The notes beneath the pieces are model-generated. The model saw only the letters and a list, made by a program, of their open reading frames with translations, searched no databases and was not told where the DNA came from. Shown piece by piece: positions 60,822-64,000 of a stretch of DNA of 64,000 nt (positions within the stretch are counted from its first letter, which is position 1; each line of letters starts with the position of its first letter). This DNA is from Cyanophora paradoxa CCMP329 (taxonomy: Eukaryota > Plantae > Glaucophyta): NCBI GenBank assembly GCA_004431415.1, contig QPMI01000173.1, positions 62,001-126,000 of the forward strand, in the 5' to 3' direction. Position numbers and translations under genes: made by a program.

Positions 60822-61131
60822 GAGGGAGGGAGGGCGGGTGGGGGAGGGAGGAAGGGGGGGTGGCGGAAGGGCGTACGGGCACATCGAGTTGAGATGCGGT
60901 TTCGGAAGTCGTGATGGAGCCACAAGCGGTCACGCCGTAGTCCGCCGCCCTCAAAGGCCGCGGCTGCCCGGTGCCGGGCTGCCAGGCCTGCCGCTCATGA
61001 TCACAAACATGTGCAGTGGGACTTGCCCCTCTGCGCTTGCGATCGGCAGCCCGACCAGCAGTGCCGCCAGGATTAGCTTTCACGCTTGCTGCTGCAGCTG
61101 TGGCTGCAGCTGCATCTGTCTCGAGCTCCAT
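52621..61131 (-). CDS. Large protein with two C-terminal RING-type zinc fingers (putative E3 ligase); long N-terminal region unrecognised
   Basis: RING1 ECCVCLALAADARLLPC..PVCESC.......TCP and RING2 CAGRC....AEVLFLPCGCLDLCRACI...ECPSC; stop at 52621. Upstream minus-strand ORFs join through short introns (e.g. 56465-56526, 58992-59059). The start at 61131 (MELETDA) and single-gene continuity are inferred. Confidence 0.6.
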
Positions 61132-62054
61132 GCTTCCCGGCCGCCAGCCGCTGAGCAACGAGATTCTGCGCATGCGCATGCGGATTTAAGACTGGTACTA
61201 GGGCGTCGGCCCGCAATCGGCTCGGGAAGACCTATAACTTCAGCTTCTCACCTTTTGCTACAGCTAGCTGCAGATCGCCCTCACAAGGGCCACGCGTGCA
61301 CGTACGCGTACGCGTGTGAGCTGCAGCTGGCGCCACGGGCGTCGGGCGCGGCCGCGGCTGCAGCGAGGCGCGCGTCAAGCTTAAGCTTAAGCGTAAGGGA
61401 ACCTAACCGATCGCTTAAGCTCCTCGCGCAGCTGGCAGGCCTAGGCCGCGGACGAGCGCGCGGCCGCGGGCTCACCGCTAGTTCCCAATATCGATGCGCC
61501 GATCTCCGACGAGCGAGATGCTCCCGATGCGTCGATCACTGCGTATCGAGCCGCTCGGTAACAAAGGCGAACGTGCCGTCGCGCGCCCCCGGCCCCCGAC
61601 GACGGGCCGCACGCGTCCGCGTCCCCCTTGCAGGCTGAAGTTGCATCCGACCTTATCGGCAGTCGATCAGCGAAAAGCCCCACCCCGCGGCCGGTCGCCG
61701 CGCGCCCGCTGCCCCGTCCATCGCGCGGTTGCAATTGCGATTGCCGCGCGTGCGTGAGCTTCGGTGCTTTCTGTTCGTCGATCGCTGAGCTTTCGATCGG
61801 AGTTTTTGGAGATGCGCGGGACCAAGATCTGGAGCGCGCGGCTCGACTGCCGTACTCGTATTCGCCGCGAGCTCGTACCCGTGTGAATGGACGCACACGT
61901 ACCCGACACTCGATTCCCGCTGTACCCCCTTCGAACTCTAGTGCGAAATTAAAATTTCCACCCATCCCCAACTCTTCGCTGCAGGCTCGAGATCTGTGCC
62001 CTGTTCGTGGTATAGGTGTTTGCTGAAGTGGGGACTCTGCTGGGCGGGGCGGCC

Positions 62055-64000
62055 CTAGTAGCCATCCGTCTCGAAGAAGACGTGGTAGCTGCGGAGGGCG
62101 GGGAGGAGGATCCCCTGCGAGACCCGCGGGTTCTGCGTACCCCCGGCCCCGCCGACGCATGAGCCGCGGAGGTCGCGCCGAAAGGGTGGGCTGGGCGCGC
62201 GCGCGCGCGCCTGGTGCGTGAAAAGGAGGTGGAGCCACTCGCCGTAGTCCTGCTCCGCCACGAAGACCTGCCGCCGCCGCCCGGCCGCCCAGTCAGAGGC
62301 AGGCGGGGCGGGCCCGGGGCGGGGCGGGGCGGGGCGCGCCTTGCCCTCCTCGTCGAGGATCTCGAAGCCGAGGGCGCCGGCGAGCTCGGGGGCGGTGACG
62401 CGGTACATGGTGCCCCGCTCCTCCTCCACCGCGGCCCCCGCGTCCCCGTGGGGCACGTGCGCGGGGAGGCGCAGGGGCAGGGCCTCGGTGCCGCAGTCGC
62501 GGCAGGCGAAGGCGAGGAGGGCGGCGAAGGCGCCGCGGCCGCCGTCCCTCCGCAGCTCCGCGTCGCTGCACGTGAACTCCTTCACCTGCGCCCCGCCCCA
62601 CGCCCCTCGGCCCCGGCCCCGCCCGCTCTGGAGGGGCGCCCGGGCGGGTTGCGCACGCTGGTGGCGGTGGGGGCCGGCAGGACGCGGGGCGAGCCGCCGG
62701 GCGAGGGCGGCACGCCGCCTCCGGGCGGCCGCTCCAGCCGGACCTGTCGCGGCCCGCCGGTCTCGAAGGGGGCGCGCGGGAGCGCGGGCTGGGGTACGGC
62801 GCACGGAGAGGAAGGCGACCGGGTGGTTCGCAGCGTCCACAGCGACGTACCTGAGCGCGCAACCGTCGGCCGGCGGGCCAGGGCGGTACAGGGCGGGAGC
62901 TCACGCGTGGGGGCTCTCGACGGGGACCCACTGCTGCCAGTACCCGTCGCTGTCGCGAACGAAGGGACCTGCGGCGGGCGCGGGAGGATCCCGCTCGGGG
63001 GGCGCACGGGGCGGGGCGGGGGCGGGGCGGCGGGGAGGCACCGTTGAAGCGGCGGGAGTAGGAGGCGTGGATGGAGCGGACGCCGTCGAGCAGCGCGCGG
63101 TCGGCGAAGTCCATCTTGCGCGCCACGAGCTCCAGCGCTGCTCCCCCGCGCCCCCGCGCTCTCAGCCGCTTGGAGGGCCGGCGGGCGGCGCCGCACGCAC
63201 GGTGGGCGGGCGGCGGGGCGGCGGCGGCGAGGCGGGTCATGACGAACTGGCGCGGGACGGCGCGGAAGCCCTCCCTGGCGTAGAAGGGCGCTGTGGCGGC
63301 CGCGCGTCGGGAGCGGCGCGGCGGGCGCGGCGCGGCGGCGGGGGGCAGGGGCACAGGGGCACACCGGCGGCGCCCGTGTGGAGCGATACGAGTCCGACGT
63401 GCTTGTGGGCCTGCGCGAGGCGGGCGCGTCGGCGGGCAGCGGGCGGGCCCGGGGCGGGCCCGGGAGGGGACGGGCCCGGGACGGGGCGGGGGGGGGGAAC
63501 GACGGACGAGGTACTTGATGGCGTCGTGGAGGACGGCGCGGGCGAGGCCCTTGCTCCGCATCGACGGGTCCGTGGACACTTCGCCGATGCCGCCGACGTC
63601 CACCACCTTGCCGCGCAAGTAGCATTTCCGGCGGAAGACGCGCTGCGGAGCGGGAACGAGAGGTGAGCTCGAGCCGAGGCGTCGGGGCCGGGATCCGCGC
63701 ACCACGGTGGAGACGATTGCGCCGTCAACCAGCGCGACGCGGATGCCGTTCAAATCCTTCCACGGATCCAGGTACAAGTCTGGCGCGCGTCAGCGTCAGT
63801 ACCTCGGCCCAGGACGAAACTGTTCGCTAAGGGCGCGCACGATTCGCGAAGTACTGCCGGGGAGGCCTCCGCCCCACGTCCTTGAAAACTGCCGGAGGCT
63901 AAGCAGACCCGCGACGGCGAACCGCGTACGTGTCGTGCGACGCACCGCCAGCCACAAAGTCGAGCCATCGCTCGATCTCGTCTTCTTTGAGGCCCCTGAT
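62055..64000 (-). CDS. GNAT-family N-acetyltransferase (Eis-like N-terminal domain); 5' end runs off the window
   Basis: IRGLKEDEIERWLDFVA...YFANHLYLDPW...IRVALVDGAIVSTV...VGGIGEVSTDPSMRSKGLARAVL (acetyl-CoA motif A)...VSLH...PFYAREGF. Stop at 62055. Confidence 0.88.

Noticed and set aside
1-64000. Hundreds of long Arg/Pro/Gly/Ala-rich ORFs on both strands
   Set aside because: These are shadow frames and intron read-through caused by very high GC. The real proteins emerge only after splicing.

Overview
This is eukaryotic nuclear DNA with high GC and many short introns, so most six-frame ORFs are shadow frames or exon fragments. Phe-initiated plastid-type transit peptides, short GC-rich introns and palindrome-rich spacers suggest a primary-plastid alga such as a glaucophyte (Cyanophora-like); the organism is an inference. 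Ten spliced genes can be reconstructed by eye: a Cys-rich/multi-TM membrane protein (partial), LYRM7/MZM1, an ACC-synthase-like PLP aminotransferase, a SMYD, a probably plastid-targeted bacterial-type HNH nuclease, a Rubisco-LSMT-type SET protein with a signal-peptide-like N-terminus, a ~24-kb surface-protein gene (6 LamG-like repeats, FN3, Cys-rich repeats, 3 TM), a PPR protein, a large double-RING protein and a GNAT acetyltransferase (partial). Mobile DNA comprises four MITEs at 13.8-16 kb and a 599-bp miniature LTR retroelement (31802-32400). That element is the best candidate for a novel system: identical 144-bp LTRs containing a tRNA-like Pol III promoter, a PBS, a PPT and a 4-bp TSD. Other signals are frequent GC-AG introns, palindrome-saturated DNA upstream of genes, and a 1.1-kb near-identical tract inside an older duplication. 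Exon boundaries are manual predictions.
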